NCBI GenBank assembly: GCA_039621445.1
Contig: CP154954.1
Span: forward strand, 26,958,123 to 27,022,122
Origin: Euglena gracilis
Taxonomy: Eukaryota
DNA: 64,000 bases
Reading direction: 5' to 3'
The notes below the pieces were generated by a model. The model was not told the DNA's origin. It did no database searches and saw only the letters and a program-made list of their open reading frames with translations. A program made the translations under genes and the position numbers. This document shows, one piece after another, positions 46,483 to 59,389 of this stretch; the stretch's first letter is position 1, and each line of letters opens with the position of its first letter.

Positions 46483-47078
46483 ATTTGAAATTTGATAATG
46501 GATGTTTTGAGTTGATATTCGTCTGGTTCGTGTCCTTCTGGATGTTGAATTGATATTTGACTTCTTTTCTTGGTTCTTCTTCGTTCGTTGACTCTGTTCC
46601 TTTCTTCTGGGTGTCGAAGGGCAAGTTAAGAATCAGCCAACTCCGGCGAAAAAAGGCACTAAGCGGGACCTCCTAACCCAGCGCAGCAAACAATCACAAC
46701 AAACCGCCGGCGAGCAAGGCATGGCCTCACAATGGCAAAGTGCGGAGCCCGAGGTGTCCCACGGACTGTGGCAGACAGTGGTCAGAAAAACCCGACGGAC
46801 ACCAAAGCCAAGGCAGATGTCATGCCACAACGGAAAGGGCCATGGCCGCCCATATCCCAGTTACACCAATACCTTGTTCAAGCTGGGCCATGGCGGCCAA
46901 AACAGCAAGCTGGGCCATGGCGGCCAGAACAGCAAGGGCCATGGTGGCCGATGGAACAAAGGCCAGGGCGGCCAACACTACCAAGGCCAGGGAGGCCGAT
47001 TCCACAAACAGATGCCCAGTGGCAGGGGCAGGACAGGTCCACAACACCCCCCCCAATCATTTCTTCATCACGAACCCT

Positions 47079-47530
47079 AACCCCCCCCCCCAATATAAGA
47101 AACCCGTTTCTTATATTTGGGGGTTTCTTATATTTGGGTGTCGAAGGCATGCTCCAAGGGTTCCTTATAAATGGAACTTTTTCTTCCTTTTGTTCCTTCG
47201 TGTAACTAATTACATATGACCACGGCATGTAGATTTTCTTCATGTCTGATGGCTTGTGAGGCCTTGGAGCGTGTTTATGCTGAATCGGATCATTCCATAA
47301 GTCCAGAAGAATGTGGTAGAGTTTTGTTTTTGAATCTGAGACTGATGTCAATGAAAGAAAGATTCGCAAGGGATGAGGGGCTTCTTATATATGGATTAGC
47401 ATCCAACAGCCTAGGGGTTTCTTATATTCGGGGGTTTCTTATATTTGGGTGTCGGCTGAAAATCGGCCAAGGGTTTCTTATATTTGGGGGTTTCTTATAG
47501 CGAGGGGTTTCTTATATTTGGGGGGGGGTT
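47079..47530. mobile_element. TATAAGAAACCC MITE (inverted relative to 7301-7810) inserted in ORF1 of DIRS copy B
   Basis: TIRs and shared core. DIRS homology resumes on both sides. Confidence 0.92.
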
Positions 47531-50500
47531 TACCAGGGGAAAAGGATTGGCCCCCAGAAGCCCCCGAAGATTTTCAATGGGCATGGCGCCCAAGATCAAA
47601 GAAGTGTCAATGGGGACTGTCAACATTTCAAGAGGGCCAGTGGAGCCAACATCAAGAAGGCCAGAGGGGCCAGAATTATCATCAAGGCCTTCGGGGCCAT
47701 CATCATTTTTATCAAGGCCACAGGGCCCAGCACCTTGCTCAACATCAACAAGTTCAAGGCCACTGGGGCCAATTATCAAAAGGGGGAAACCCCCAGAAGC
47801 TAAATGGCTGTCCCCCAGCAGGGGGCTTCAATGTACGGTGGCAGCCCCAGGAGGATGCCCCCAAAGGGGCAGTGGAGGACAAGGGGGCAACCCCCCCCTC
47901 AACATTCTTTGTCAATGCCGATGGCAGGGGCAAACCAAAACAAGGGGGAGACACAAAAAAGGGGCCCCTATGGTATGTCGATCGACAACACCAATGACAA
48001 AGTGGAGGATCAGAGAGCCTGTGAGCAGAGCATGCACACCCCCCAGCCACCTTTAGAAAATGCTCAAACCCCAGGGGGACCAGGGGTGCAATGTCCAACA
48101 CCCCCTACCCAACCCCCAGAAAATCATCTAGTTGGGAAAATGCATTCCATGGAGGAAAAATGGGGAGACATCCCCCTGTACCAGAGACTTCAGAAAAGTC
48201 TAAAATGGTTGAAAAAAAAATGCCCCCCCCCCCCAGCAACATGTCAATTGATAAAAAATGGAATTCAACCCCCCTGGGTGAATCCCCCAAAATTGTCCAC
48301 CCACCCAAAACCCAAAGCCCACCTGGATTTAAACCAGGCACAAAATTCTGCTGGATTAGGAAATAACTGGGTCAGTGAAACGAGTTTGGGATTCAGAAAC
48401 CCAGCCTTTGATCCCATGGTTTTTAATTTCAAAACCAGAGGGGGGAACAACCAAGTGGAGAATGATCAGCGATTGCAGAGAAATCAATCAGCAATTTCAA
48501 GTAAAACCTTTCAAGCTGGATCATATCCAGCACATTTTTCCAGTTTTGAAAAAAGGCCACTGGGCAGCAAAAATAGACCTCAAGGATTCCTATTTTCATA
48601 TTCCAGTAAGTCCATGCCTAAGGTTTTTTAATCCTGCCAAATAAAGTTTGCCCAAGCAATGATGTGACATCGTGAGTGGGGCCCCCAGGCCGGCCTCTGT
48701 GCTGGTTGTCTGGGCCCCCGCCCAGTCTCTTGTCTTGCTGGAGGGGGTCCACACCCCCCCCACCCACCCAAGCCCTGGAAAAACTGCAAAATTGTGGAAA
48801 GTCAAAAAAGTGCTGGCGGGGAAAAGCTGGTTTTTGCATGGTGTAAGTCAATTTGCTTTGGATTAGAAGGCAAAGTGGGTCAATTGGAACAAAGGGGGAC
48901 AAAAGAAAAATGGGGAAAATTTTGTGGGGAAACGACCACCCCAGGTGGCACGCCACGCAGTCCATGCCCAAGACATTGGTTATCAATTTCAAAAAACCCC
49001 AAAGCAATCCACCAAACTACAGGCTCAAAAAAAGGATAACCTGCAACGAAATGCTGGTGGCCCACCATTGCACATCCCACGGAAACAGAGGTAGTCAAAT
49101 TTTTTTGGGGATTCTGGTTCAAAATCAATGTGAAAAAGTCCACCCTCCAATCCACCCAAGTAGTATCCCATCTGGGTTTTCAACTGAACTTCCAGGAAGT
49201 AAAGCTACAGGTGCCCGCCCCAGAAAGTCAAAAACATAAAAAAGGAGCTGGGAAAATTGTGAAAAAAGATTACATGTCAAAAAGGCGGCTGGCTGACATT
49301 TTGGGCCAAATAAGATGCAACCTAATGGCCCTGACCTTTTTAAGGGCTTTCACAGACACCCTGTCTATTTTTTGGTGGCAAAGTCCACAGCCCCCTGTGA
49401 CTCAAAACACCCCATTTCCCAGGAAATCAAAGCCCAATTAAGGGAAATAAAAATTCTGCTAGACACCTGGAGGGGCAGACCCTTCCCCCAAAATGCAACC
49501 AGAGAGTGGCACTCAGACAGCAGCACCCATGCCTGGGGGGGGGGGCTAGACATCCACACAGGAGAACTAGTGCAGATATTTTGGAGAAAAAACTCCATTT
49601 TACACATCAATGTAAAGGAGCTCAGTGCAGCTATCAGCACTGTGAAAAGTTTGAGCAAACTTGGGGAAACAGTTTCCTTGTCAGTGGACAACCAGGTAAT
49701 CTACTATTACCTGACCAAAGAGGGGGGGCAGAAAGGACCCTTCAACAAAATGCTAAGACCATTTTTCAAATGGTGCATGGAGCAACAAGTAAACCTCCAA
49801 GTCAACTGGGTGCCTTCAAAGGAATGCCTAGCAGACCCCATAAGCAGCTGGGAAATGGGCAGGGGGGATTATTCTTTAGACCCCCAACCTTTTCAATGGT
49901 TAAGACAGCATTTACAAAATTTCATAAATCTGGAAACAGACTTGTTTGCCTCCCCAGGCAACAAAAAACGGCCCAATTTTGTGGCCATGTGGCCCCACTG
50001 GGAGGCCACAGCAGTAAATGCACTACAATGTCCACTGGACAACATGGGGGATCTTTATGCAAACCCCCCCTGGTCAATAATCCAAAATTTTCTGCCAGGT
50101 TGAAAATGTTTCCCCAGACCAAAGTTTTGATGGTCACCACCTTCTGGGATTCAGCCACCTGGTGGCCCCAATTAATAAAAATGAAAGTTCCAGGGACCCC
50201 CTGCCTGAAAATCACCCCCTACAGGGGTATGTTCACCAATTGCAGGGGGGAACAAATGCCACCCCCCAGGTGGCCCTTGCTTTGCATTATTTGCTCAGGC
50301 AAATTTTGGAGGGGAAACAAATTCAGGTTAAAGCCACCAAAGATTTCCTAGGGAGAAACCACAGTTTAAAGCGGTATCAGAGTGCTTTTGCAATTCTGTG
50401 GGTAATTTTGGAACACATGGGGGTGCCCCCCCTTGAAGCCACCACTGACCAAGTGGCTGACGCTTTAATACAATTCTTCCAATTTTCAAAGGCCCAAGCC

Positions 50501-51461
50501 CGAATGCATACAGTGCTATGCTTTTGAATCCTGGGTTTGGTGGGCTGAGATTCCACACCCTTTTGACCCCCTACAAGAGGCTTTGGAACCAAAACCTGGA
50601 GAAGTATAGGGCATTTTGGGATCCCCTCCCATTCCTCCTGGGGCTGGCCAAGGCCCCTATGCCCACTGGGAAAGGGTGGTCTCCATTCCCCAATGTCCAC
50701 AAATAAGCCCCTTTCATTTAATGATGTCTTATGTGGCTGCTACACGTTCATTCGTCAGACCTGGGGGCCCCCTTCTGGTTTCATTAAAACATCCCTTCAG
50801 GGCCATAAGTGCAGACACTGTTGCTTCTATCACAAAAGAGTTTTTGGCCTAGCATGGGGTGAGCCCCCAGGTGTGGGGGGCCCACTCCACCAGAGGGGCA
50901 GGAGTTGGTTTACTCAAAAAATTGGGACTTTCTGCCCAGGAAGTTTGTGAAATTGGCCAGTGGAGGGGGGTGGAGGCTTTTACAGCCCACTATCAACGAC
51001 TTGGTGCCCAAGGTGCCCTGGAAAATGCCCTGGCCCCCATAATTTCTGTGCACAATCAGGCCTCACAACGGCAAAGTGCGGAGCCCGAGGTGTCTCGTAC
51101 TGCCCCGAGGAAAACAGACCAGGGAGGAAGGGACACCGAGGGCGAAGCACAAAGACCTTGTGAGCCCGAACCCCCCCCCCACCCGTAAAAGAAAATTTGT
51201 CTTCAAGAGCCCTCGGTCAGCAATCCGGGGCCAGGGGGGGCAGAGGGGGGGGAACGCCCCCCAGGGGCAAGAAGTCACGTCGCCAAGTCGGAGCAGCATC
51301 GTCAGCCAACTCCGGCGAGGCGGCACTGAGCAGGGACTCCTAACCAAACGCACCCAAACAATCCAAACACCGTCGGCGAGCAAGGCATGGCCTCACAAGG
51401 TCTTTGTGCTTCGCCCTCGGTGTCCCTTCCTCTCTTGTCGGTTTTCCTCGAGGGAGTACGA

Positions 51462-54400
51462 ACAACACTTCCGCCTCGCCGGAGTTGGCTGACGATGCTG
51501 CTCCGACGCGGCGACGTGGCTGCTTGCCCCTGGGGTGGGTCCCCCTCCTCTCGCCCTCCTGGCACCGCATCCCGAGGGCTGTCGAAGACAAATTTTCTTT
51601 TACGGGTGGGGTGTCGGGATCACAGAGTCTTTGTGCTTCGCCCTCGGCCGTCCTCCGGTGTCGTTTTTTTTCGAGGGAGTACGAGTTAACTCGGGCTCCA
51701 CACTTTGCCCTTGTGAGGCCTGATTTTGCACTAAAATTAGGGGAATACAGGGCATTTCTCAAAAGCCTTTTGGCACTAAGTCGTTGATGTGGGCTGTAAA
51801 GCCTCCATCCCCTCCACCGGCCAAATTCACAAACTTCTCGGGCAGAAAGGCCCAATTTTTTGAGTAAACCAACTCCCACCCCTCTGGTTGAGTTGGACCC
51901 CCACACCTGGGGGGTACCCCTTCCTTGCATTATTTTTTTGTTTATTGAATTAATTGTGTCAGCACTTATGGGTATATACGGGAGGCGAAAGTGAAATGAG
52001 GAGAGGACCCCCAGGTCTGAAGAATGAACGTGTGGCAGCCACAGAGGACATCATCAAATGAAACGGGCTGATTTGTGGACATTGGGGAATAGCCACAAAC
52101 TCTCTCCCACTTGTGGAGGTTTGGCTTTTACTCCAAATTTGATGTAAGGCGCCTTTCACAAGATACTGGTTGTACGCATGATGCTTTTCAGATCAGAAGA
52201 TAAATATAAACAGAGAATTCATGATCCAAAAGAAACCTGTGTGCGCAATGTACCAATATCATTGTGGAAAGGGGCTTGGGCCGGCCACAGGAGGATTTGA
52301 AGGGGGTCCCAAAGTGCACCGTAGTCTCAGTCCACCACACCCAGGGATCAAAAGTATAGCGCTGTATGCAGTACGGGCCTGGGCTTTTGAAAACTGAAAT
52401 AATTGTATTAAGGCCTCAGCCACTTGGTGTGTGGTCGCTTCAGGCGGGGGGATGGCAACCCCATCTCTTCAAAAGTATCCAAAGAAGCGCAAAGGCGCTT
52501 TGAAAACGTGTCAAGCTGGTATTTATCCCCAGGAAATGGTCAATGGGTTTATTTTGTATTTGTTTCCCCCCCAGTATTTTCCCGAGCAAATCATGGAAAG
52601 GAGGGGCCCCCTGGGGGTTGTCATTGGTTCCCCCCTGCAATTGGTAAACATGACCTTGTAGGGGGTGATTTTCAGGCAGCGAGTCCCTAGCACTTTCATA
52701 CTTACTAATTGAGGTCACCACGCGGCCGAATTCCAAAGGGGGTGACCATCAAAACTTTGGTCTGGGAAAACATCTTCAATCGAGGGAGAAAATTTTGAAT
52801 TACTGGCCAGGTGCTGTTTGGCATAAAGACCCGACAAGTTGTCCAGTGTTGCAGGGCATCCACTGCTGTGGCCTCCTAGTGGGTCCATCTGGCCACAAAA
52901 TTTGGCAGTGTTTTGTTGCCTGTGGAGGCAAATAAATCTGGTTCCAAATTTATGCATTCTTTGAACTGCCGCCTTAGCCATTGAAAGAGCTGGGGGGTCC
53001 GGTGAGTAATACCCCCTGTCTGACGCCCACCTGCTTATGGGGTCTGCTAAGCATTCCTTTGAAGGAACCCATTTCACTTGTAGATTCAAGTTTTTTTTCC
53101 ATGCACCAATTGAAAAATGGTCTCAGAAGGCTGTTGACAGGGCTTTTCTGCCTTCCCCCTCCTTATGTCAGGAAATAATACATTACACGTGATTGTCCAC
53201 TGAAAGGGAAACCGTTTTCCCTGGCACGCTTACACTTTTCACTGTGCTGATGGCTGCACGTAATTATTTTACATTACTGTGTAAATGGAGCTTTCTCTCA
53301 AACATTCCTGGACAATTTCTCCAGGGTGAACGTCCAGCCCCCCACCCCCCAGGAAAAGTGCTGCTGTCTGAGTGCAACAACCTTGTTGCACTTTGGCTGA
53401 AAGGTCTCCTCCCCCAGGTGTCCAGCAGATTTATTCTGCTTTCTCTCAATTGGGCTTTTATGTCCTGCGAAATGGAACGCTTTGAGTCCCGTGGTGCTGC
53501 AGACTTTTTGACCGAACATATTGTTAGGGAATTTGTGAAATCCCTTAGGGCATGGGCAGGGGCATGAGGTTGCTTCTGATTCGGACCAAAATGGTGGTCA
53601 ACTTCCTCTTCGACCTAAAATCTTTTTTCACTAATTTTCCCAAGCTTCTCTTTGAATTTTTTCACCTTTGGGTGGAATTTGCAATAGACCCTCCTGGAAA
53701 TATAACTTGAACCCCCAATGGTTTACAACTTGTGTGGGATCTAGGGCTGACTTTTTCAAATTTATTTTGAACCCCGAATCGATTAAGCCTCTGACAAGCC
53801 TGTTCAAGTGTTTTTGCAATGCATTTCTGGTGGGGGCTACCAGTAAAAAAAATCGTCCAGGTAAATGCAAACCGGGATTCCCTTTTTCCTCCAACGCTTT
53901 TTGAATGTCTTCGTGACTGACATCAAAATTTTGGGCATCACATTTAGGCAAAAACCGCTTGCCTGGAATTCCCAGGTTTGCGCGCCCACGTAATGCCTTA
54001 GAAAGGGTTTTAGGGCTGGATTAACTGGAATGTGAAAACATGCGTTTTTTAAGTCGATTTCGTCGCCAAACTGGCCTTTCTCCAAAACGGGGAAAATTGT
54101 TTAAATGTGATCTTATTTCGACGAGAAATCTTTCACGGTAAAATGTTTGGGTTACTTCCCTGCTTGATTTCAGGAACCAGGGAATTAGATTTTCAGTTCC
54201 TGAATGCTGAACTCTCTTTATGGACCCATTTCTTTTCGAAATCCACTAGGATTTTTCTGCCAGGTTCAGGTCAAGGTTGGCTTTGGTTTTCAGATGTGTG
54301 GAAAATTTTGGGGGTTTGACCCAAGACTGGTGAATGCCATATTTTATAAGTTGGGGGTTGTTGTGGGGGCAGTTTTCAGCCACCATTTCAGGACTTTTTC

Positions 54401-55250
54401 GCAGTCTCTGGTGCAAGTGGGAGTGCCCCCACTTTTCCTGCATGGAATTTATATCCCTCATCAAATCATTTTGAGTGCTATGTCTTGGGGTTGTGGGACA
54501 TTTCACAACCCTCATTTCTGGACCGATTCATGGAAAGGGAAATAAAGGGGGGCACACTGAAAGGCCCCTATATGGTTTGCCAGCAGACAAACCCAATGAC
54601 AAGATGGAGGACCAGAGAGTCTGTGAGAGAGAGAGGGTGAGTGTATGCACCACCCCCAGCAATTACATTCTGGAAATGATCAAAACCCCGGGGGTGGGGT
54701 TGATCCCCTTTGTCCTCTTTTGCCCTCTGTGGGGCATTCTTCCTGGGGCTGCTGGAATTGATTGATATAATAATAAGGTTTGCACTTTAGCCTCTGGGGG
54801 GCCATTTCTGGACCAGCCCTTTGTCACGCATGGCCCTGTGAGGTCTGGCCATCTTGGTCCTGAAGATTATGGCCTCTATGGCCCTGAAGGTTATGGCCTC
54901 CATGGCCTTGCACTTTTTGGCCTCCATGGTCGTGCAAAAGAAAATCATTCGAATTCTGGCCTCCTTGGCCATGACTTCTCCTCCCTGACGCTTGTCTTGA
55001 CTTTGGTATCCAGCTCCACTTGTATGAAACGTGTGGGGGGGTTCTGTCCCCCCCTCTTCCCCTTGGGATTTGTAGTTGTGTTAGACAGTTTGAGGGGTTT
55101 GGCAAACCTTTTTGCCACCTTCTTGAGGGAAACGCCTCTGTAATTGGCCACCATGGCCAGAACCTTGGCCTTGGTTCCATGTTATCTACTGTGTGCTGCC
55201 GCTGGCGGCTGCAGCTAAAAGTTGCCCAAAAATCCTCAAAATACCCCCAG
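51462..55250 (-). mobile_element. Degenerate DIRS1-like copy C (its terminal 43 bp lie at 41527-41569)
   Basis: ICR 51620-51720. Remnants of YR, MT, RNase H and RT (IDLKNACFHIP, IYLDD). ORF1 remnant ~54790-55250. No left ITR seen. Confidence 0.9.
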
Positions 55251-58200
55251 GAACCAGCAAAGCCAGTCAAAAAAACCGCGCAAGGAAGTTTTACCCCAGA
55301 GAATCCCAAAAGGAAAGTCATTTGAGAATTGTGGAGAGATTTGAAGAAAGACACAAAGATCTGGGATTTTCAAAGAATTTAAAATTGCAATGAAACAAAG
55401 CCGTTGCTTTCCACCTTTGTCCAACCAACAAACCGCTCACCTGAACCAAAGGTACTCGCCCACCCTCTCAAGCTGGTTTGTTTGTGCTCTGCTGTTTGCT
55501 ACCAAGTAGGTGGGTTGGTAATGTATTTGTCCACCTCTTTGATCTGAAAGTTAGGAAATGAGAAAACAAAAATTGCGGCAAGAAAAAAAAGATCCTACGC
55601 AGGGCAAATGGGGACCCCGAGTCGGGGTGGCACACCTCACCCCCACCTGTCGTTAACAACCGGGCCCAATTTCAGAAACGCCCTGGCCTGAGCCCACCAG
55701 GGCCGGAAAACAGTGGTTGCAGCCCCGGAGGCCCCCATTGGCGAGGGTCCCTACCCCCCAACATGGTTATTAGAGGGGTTGATTCTGCTTGCTCCAGCAG
55801 AATCTGTTCCAATCTTGAACGTGGCGATTCTTCATCTCTGAAAGGTTAAACGGAAACAGATGACAATACCCTTATCTTTGAGGATTCTGATGATGAGGGT
55901 GAGCCCAGTCATCCTGAGGGACAACTTTATCCAGCCAGGCGGCGTCGGAGAATTGAATTTCAAGTAGCACAAACTCACGACACTTTTCAAGGTTGGTGTA
56001 GTGACCTTGAAACCAGTTTTACGAAATATTCCCAGTCCCTGCTTGAGTGAGATGAGGCTCTGACGAAAGCACTGGTAGAGGTGGCCTATTCATTGTTAAT
56101 GCAAAAGAAGAAATGGGAAGAATGGCAGAACGAATAAAAGCATTGGAATCGCAAATCACTGAAAAGTTGCAGCCGTCTGAAATAAAACCAGCAATTCCAG
56201 AAAACGTTGTTCCTGTAAATCTAAATTCTGGACACATCGCAAATTTGCAAATGTCATCAGTGTCCTCTGAGAAACTTTCCTCAAATTTTTCCTCTGAGCC
56301 CAAAAAAAAAATCAGATGGGCAAAAAAAAACTTGGAGTCCTGCCAGAAACGGTTGGAATCACTTTTCTGGGAAACCTGCGTGGCCCAGCAACAAATCCTG
56401 GTTTCCTGATTAGCGGTGTTGGGAATTGGCCTGTAAATCCTTGGAACGGATGGGGATGGTTTTTCCCACGCCAGTGGTGGTAACCTTCCCTAACTTCATT
56501 TGCACAGCACATGTTTTAATCAATAACGCACGCAAATCAAACGCAATCACGGTGTGTTTTCAGTCACAATGTGTTTTTTTTTATGTTATGTGCAAATCTG
56601 CTGTGTTTCTTTGGGCCAAAGAATCCGAGTTGGCTGTTAATTACGAACGTGTGGGATTATTCCTTTGACACATAATCTCTGCCGCTGCAAAGAATCTGCA
56701 ACAGATTGACAGCATTTTCCTGGAGACTTTTGCTTGTTATTATTTGCGGGTTCGTGGCTCATCCATGTTTCGTATGGAGTGGAAGCTGCTGTTTTCAGTT
56801 GGCGGTGAGAGTTCCTTTTCAGTGGGCGTGAATTTTCTTCAGAATGGCAGAATCTGAAACCCCAGAGACGATTTTCATGTTGAAGTTCTATTTGCAGCCC
56901 CGTGCATCATTAGGTTCACCAAGAGTCTTCATGATGTGAGTTTTCAAGCCGGGACTGCTACGTACATCTCTCACAAAGTATTTGTGTTTGATTCATTCAG
57001 TTTTCGGTGTGGCTTCATGTTGGCAGCCCAGTATTTTTGGTGACTGCCAAAATGTGAGGAACAGAACCTCAACTTTACAACCGGTTGCCAAGATATATTC
57101 TTTTTGGGAGGCGCCAGGGAGGGGTACCGAGAGTGTTGTGTATCCAGGTAGGAACGAACACCCTGTCGAAGCACACTCATGAGGGCCCAGGGTTCCAAAT
57201 TGTGTTACGGTCGACCTGGGAGAATTTTGGTGGCCAACACAAAGTTTTAAGTTGATCAGTGACGAGAAGGGGAACGTACAGATGAGTTGCTGCAGCCACA
57301 CCATCTCTAGTATAATCCCCAAGAAACGAAATCCGCTGGAACAAAAATGAGGCGTTGCATTTCTGAGGGCCCCAAAAGAAGACTCAGTTTTGAGTTTTCG
57401 GTTGTTGCTTGTCTCATACAGCATTCTCTATACAGCCGAATGAAAAATACCAAGGGGGAAAAAACGAGACTTGAGAAAGCGCAGAAAACATGCGTAAAAG
57501 GTCAGTTGAACCCTTTTATGTGCATTGCATTGTGGTGCTGATTTTTTTATGAATCTGCGAGTCCTCCCTGTTTATGCCTAAATACTGAGTTTTGTCATGG
57601 AATGTGTCTTTCTTGTTTTTGTTCTTCACTGTACAGGTTTCACAAGTGCCAAGGAGTCCAAATGGAGACGTCAATCAAGACTCGGGATCAAGATCAGCAT
57701 TTAAATTGAATTACATTGAAATGCGCAGCAGATCTTTAACATTTTTGAAGTGCAAATATCGCTTTGGATTATCTGTGGATACATTATCTGCGGTAGATTT
57801 TACACAAGTGCTGTGGAGTGAAGCTTAATGGCTGACAACGCCCAGCCTTGGGCAATGGCCAAATGCATGGCCAAGGCCAACTGCCCAGGCCCACAGGTTG
57901 GCCATTCCACAGTGCAGAAACTGTGATTTTCAGAACTGTGATTTGTGGTTTCAGGTTTGAGTTCTTCAAAGTGGATTTGAGTTTGATTTCAATCGGTTTG
58001 GATATCATGATTTTCTAAATTTAGAGGCTGAATTCAGGTTATGCCTCCTGCCCTTTGCTGGGGGGGGGGGGGCAAGAAAAATTGCCTTGGCTGAGGAAAC
58101 TGGTTATGATTTTTTTTGGAGTTTTGAGGTTTCCGTTTGACCCCCATTGCCCATGTGACTGGGGGGAGGCAGTTAATTTTAATTGGCAGGCCGGTTTGGT

Positions 58201-59389
58201 TGGATTTTATGGCTTCAACGTTTGGTTTGGCGCCGGGTTGGGCTGGATTTGGCATGGTCCCCATGCAACGGTATGCTGCCGGATGTTGCTTCTGTTTGGT
58301 TGGTTGCTGTTGGTTGGACTTTGTTTATTTCATGTGGCAGGTTGGAATTCTCGATTGGATTTTGTTGAGTGCTTTTGTAGGCTGTTGACTTGTGGGTTGC
58401 ACACAAATTTTTAATTTTTCAGGATTTTTGTTTCTGGAGGATTTTTATTCGAGGAGTTGGAAAAACCTGGGATTTTTAAGTTTTTTCTGGAGGATGAAAA
58501 ACGAGTTGGGATTTCAGAACTCAGTTTTTTTTAATTTGGATTACGACTGTGCGTCAAAAGGAATTATTTCATGGAACACAACTTGGAGACATGCAAACTG
58601 GGGGGGGGACCCTGGACTGGAGATGACTCTCCTCCGTCCAAAGGCCCTGGTGTGGGCCAATAATAATAAAAAAGCCACGTGGGCGACCAAAGCCCTGTGA
58701 TAAAGTTGCTGAAGGCCAATGTGAAGCCCTGCTCTGTTTGCGTTTAAAAAATTGTCCCAGTCATTTTTGGTCGGAATGCATGACAAGGAAGTGAGCGTGC
58801 ATACACACAAAACACACAACTGCACATGCACACGAACCCGAACACCCATTGTACACTATTCCCCCATATAATCGTCTTATCTTTGCACCGTTTGCCTTTT
58901 CTTACCCATTACCTTTTCACCGTTTTACCTTTTCTGACCCAGATTGGAAGGGAATGCCTAGGTTTCTGTTTTTCTTTTTCCCAACACAATTCGTTTTCTG
59001 AGGCACTGTTGGCCAAAGTCCCTGATTTTGTTAATCAAAGTCGAAATAGAAGGAATTCTCACAGAATGAAAGCTGCCAAAAAGAAAAAAGAAAGGACATT
59101 TTTTAAGGGGGTAGCGTGGGACTTAGGCATTGGTGGTAGAGCGCCCAGAGATGGTTTTGTTTGGAATCGTTTTGAGATTTTGTGTCCAAAGACCCTTTCC
59201 CCTGGCTTGTCGGAGGAAAGGGGTGGGGCTTTTCCACGTAGACCTGATTTTTCAGAATCCCCCAAGGTGCCCGATATTATGGTTTTGGGGGGGTTCAGGC
59301 TTGAATCACTGATCTTCAAAAAAAAATGCGACAGGACCCGTTACAAAAAAAAAACAACAAAAAACCAGAATTTTCCCCGCACCAAAAAC

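Larger units (their letters stand above)
42006..46758 (-). mobile_element. DIRS1-like retrotransposon copy A (full length, 4753 bp, youngest of the nest)
   Basis: Left ITR 46634-46758, right ITR plus extension 42006-42165, ICR 42299-42405 complementary to both termini. gag-like, RT, RNase H, MT and YR domains in order. Confidence 0.96.
41570..51461 (+). mobile_element. DIRS1-like retrotransposon copy B (both termini present; interrupted by copy A, a MITE and a foreign segment)
   Basis: Left ITR 41570-41694, ICR 51059-51164, right ITR plus extension 51301-51461. gag-like 41848-42005 and 46759 onward, RT 48375-48630, RNase H/MT ~49240-50351, YR ~50160-51188. Frameshifts and stops present. Confidence 0.93.

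Noticed and set aside
42006-46758. Gypsy/Copia LTR retrotransposon, or prokaryotic integrase/retron/methylase island
   Set aside because: There is no DDE integrase, protease, direct LTR or TSD. RT-RNase H-MT plus YR with ITR/ICR identifies a DIRS1-like element.
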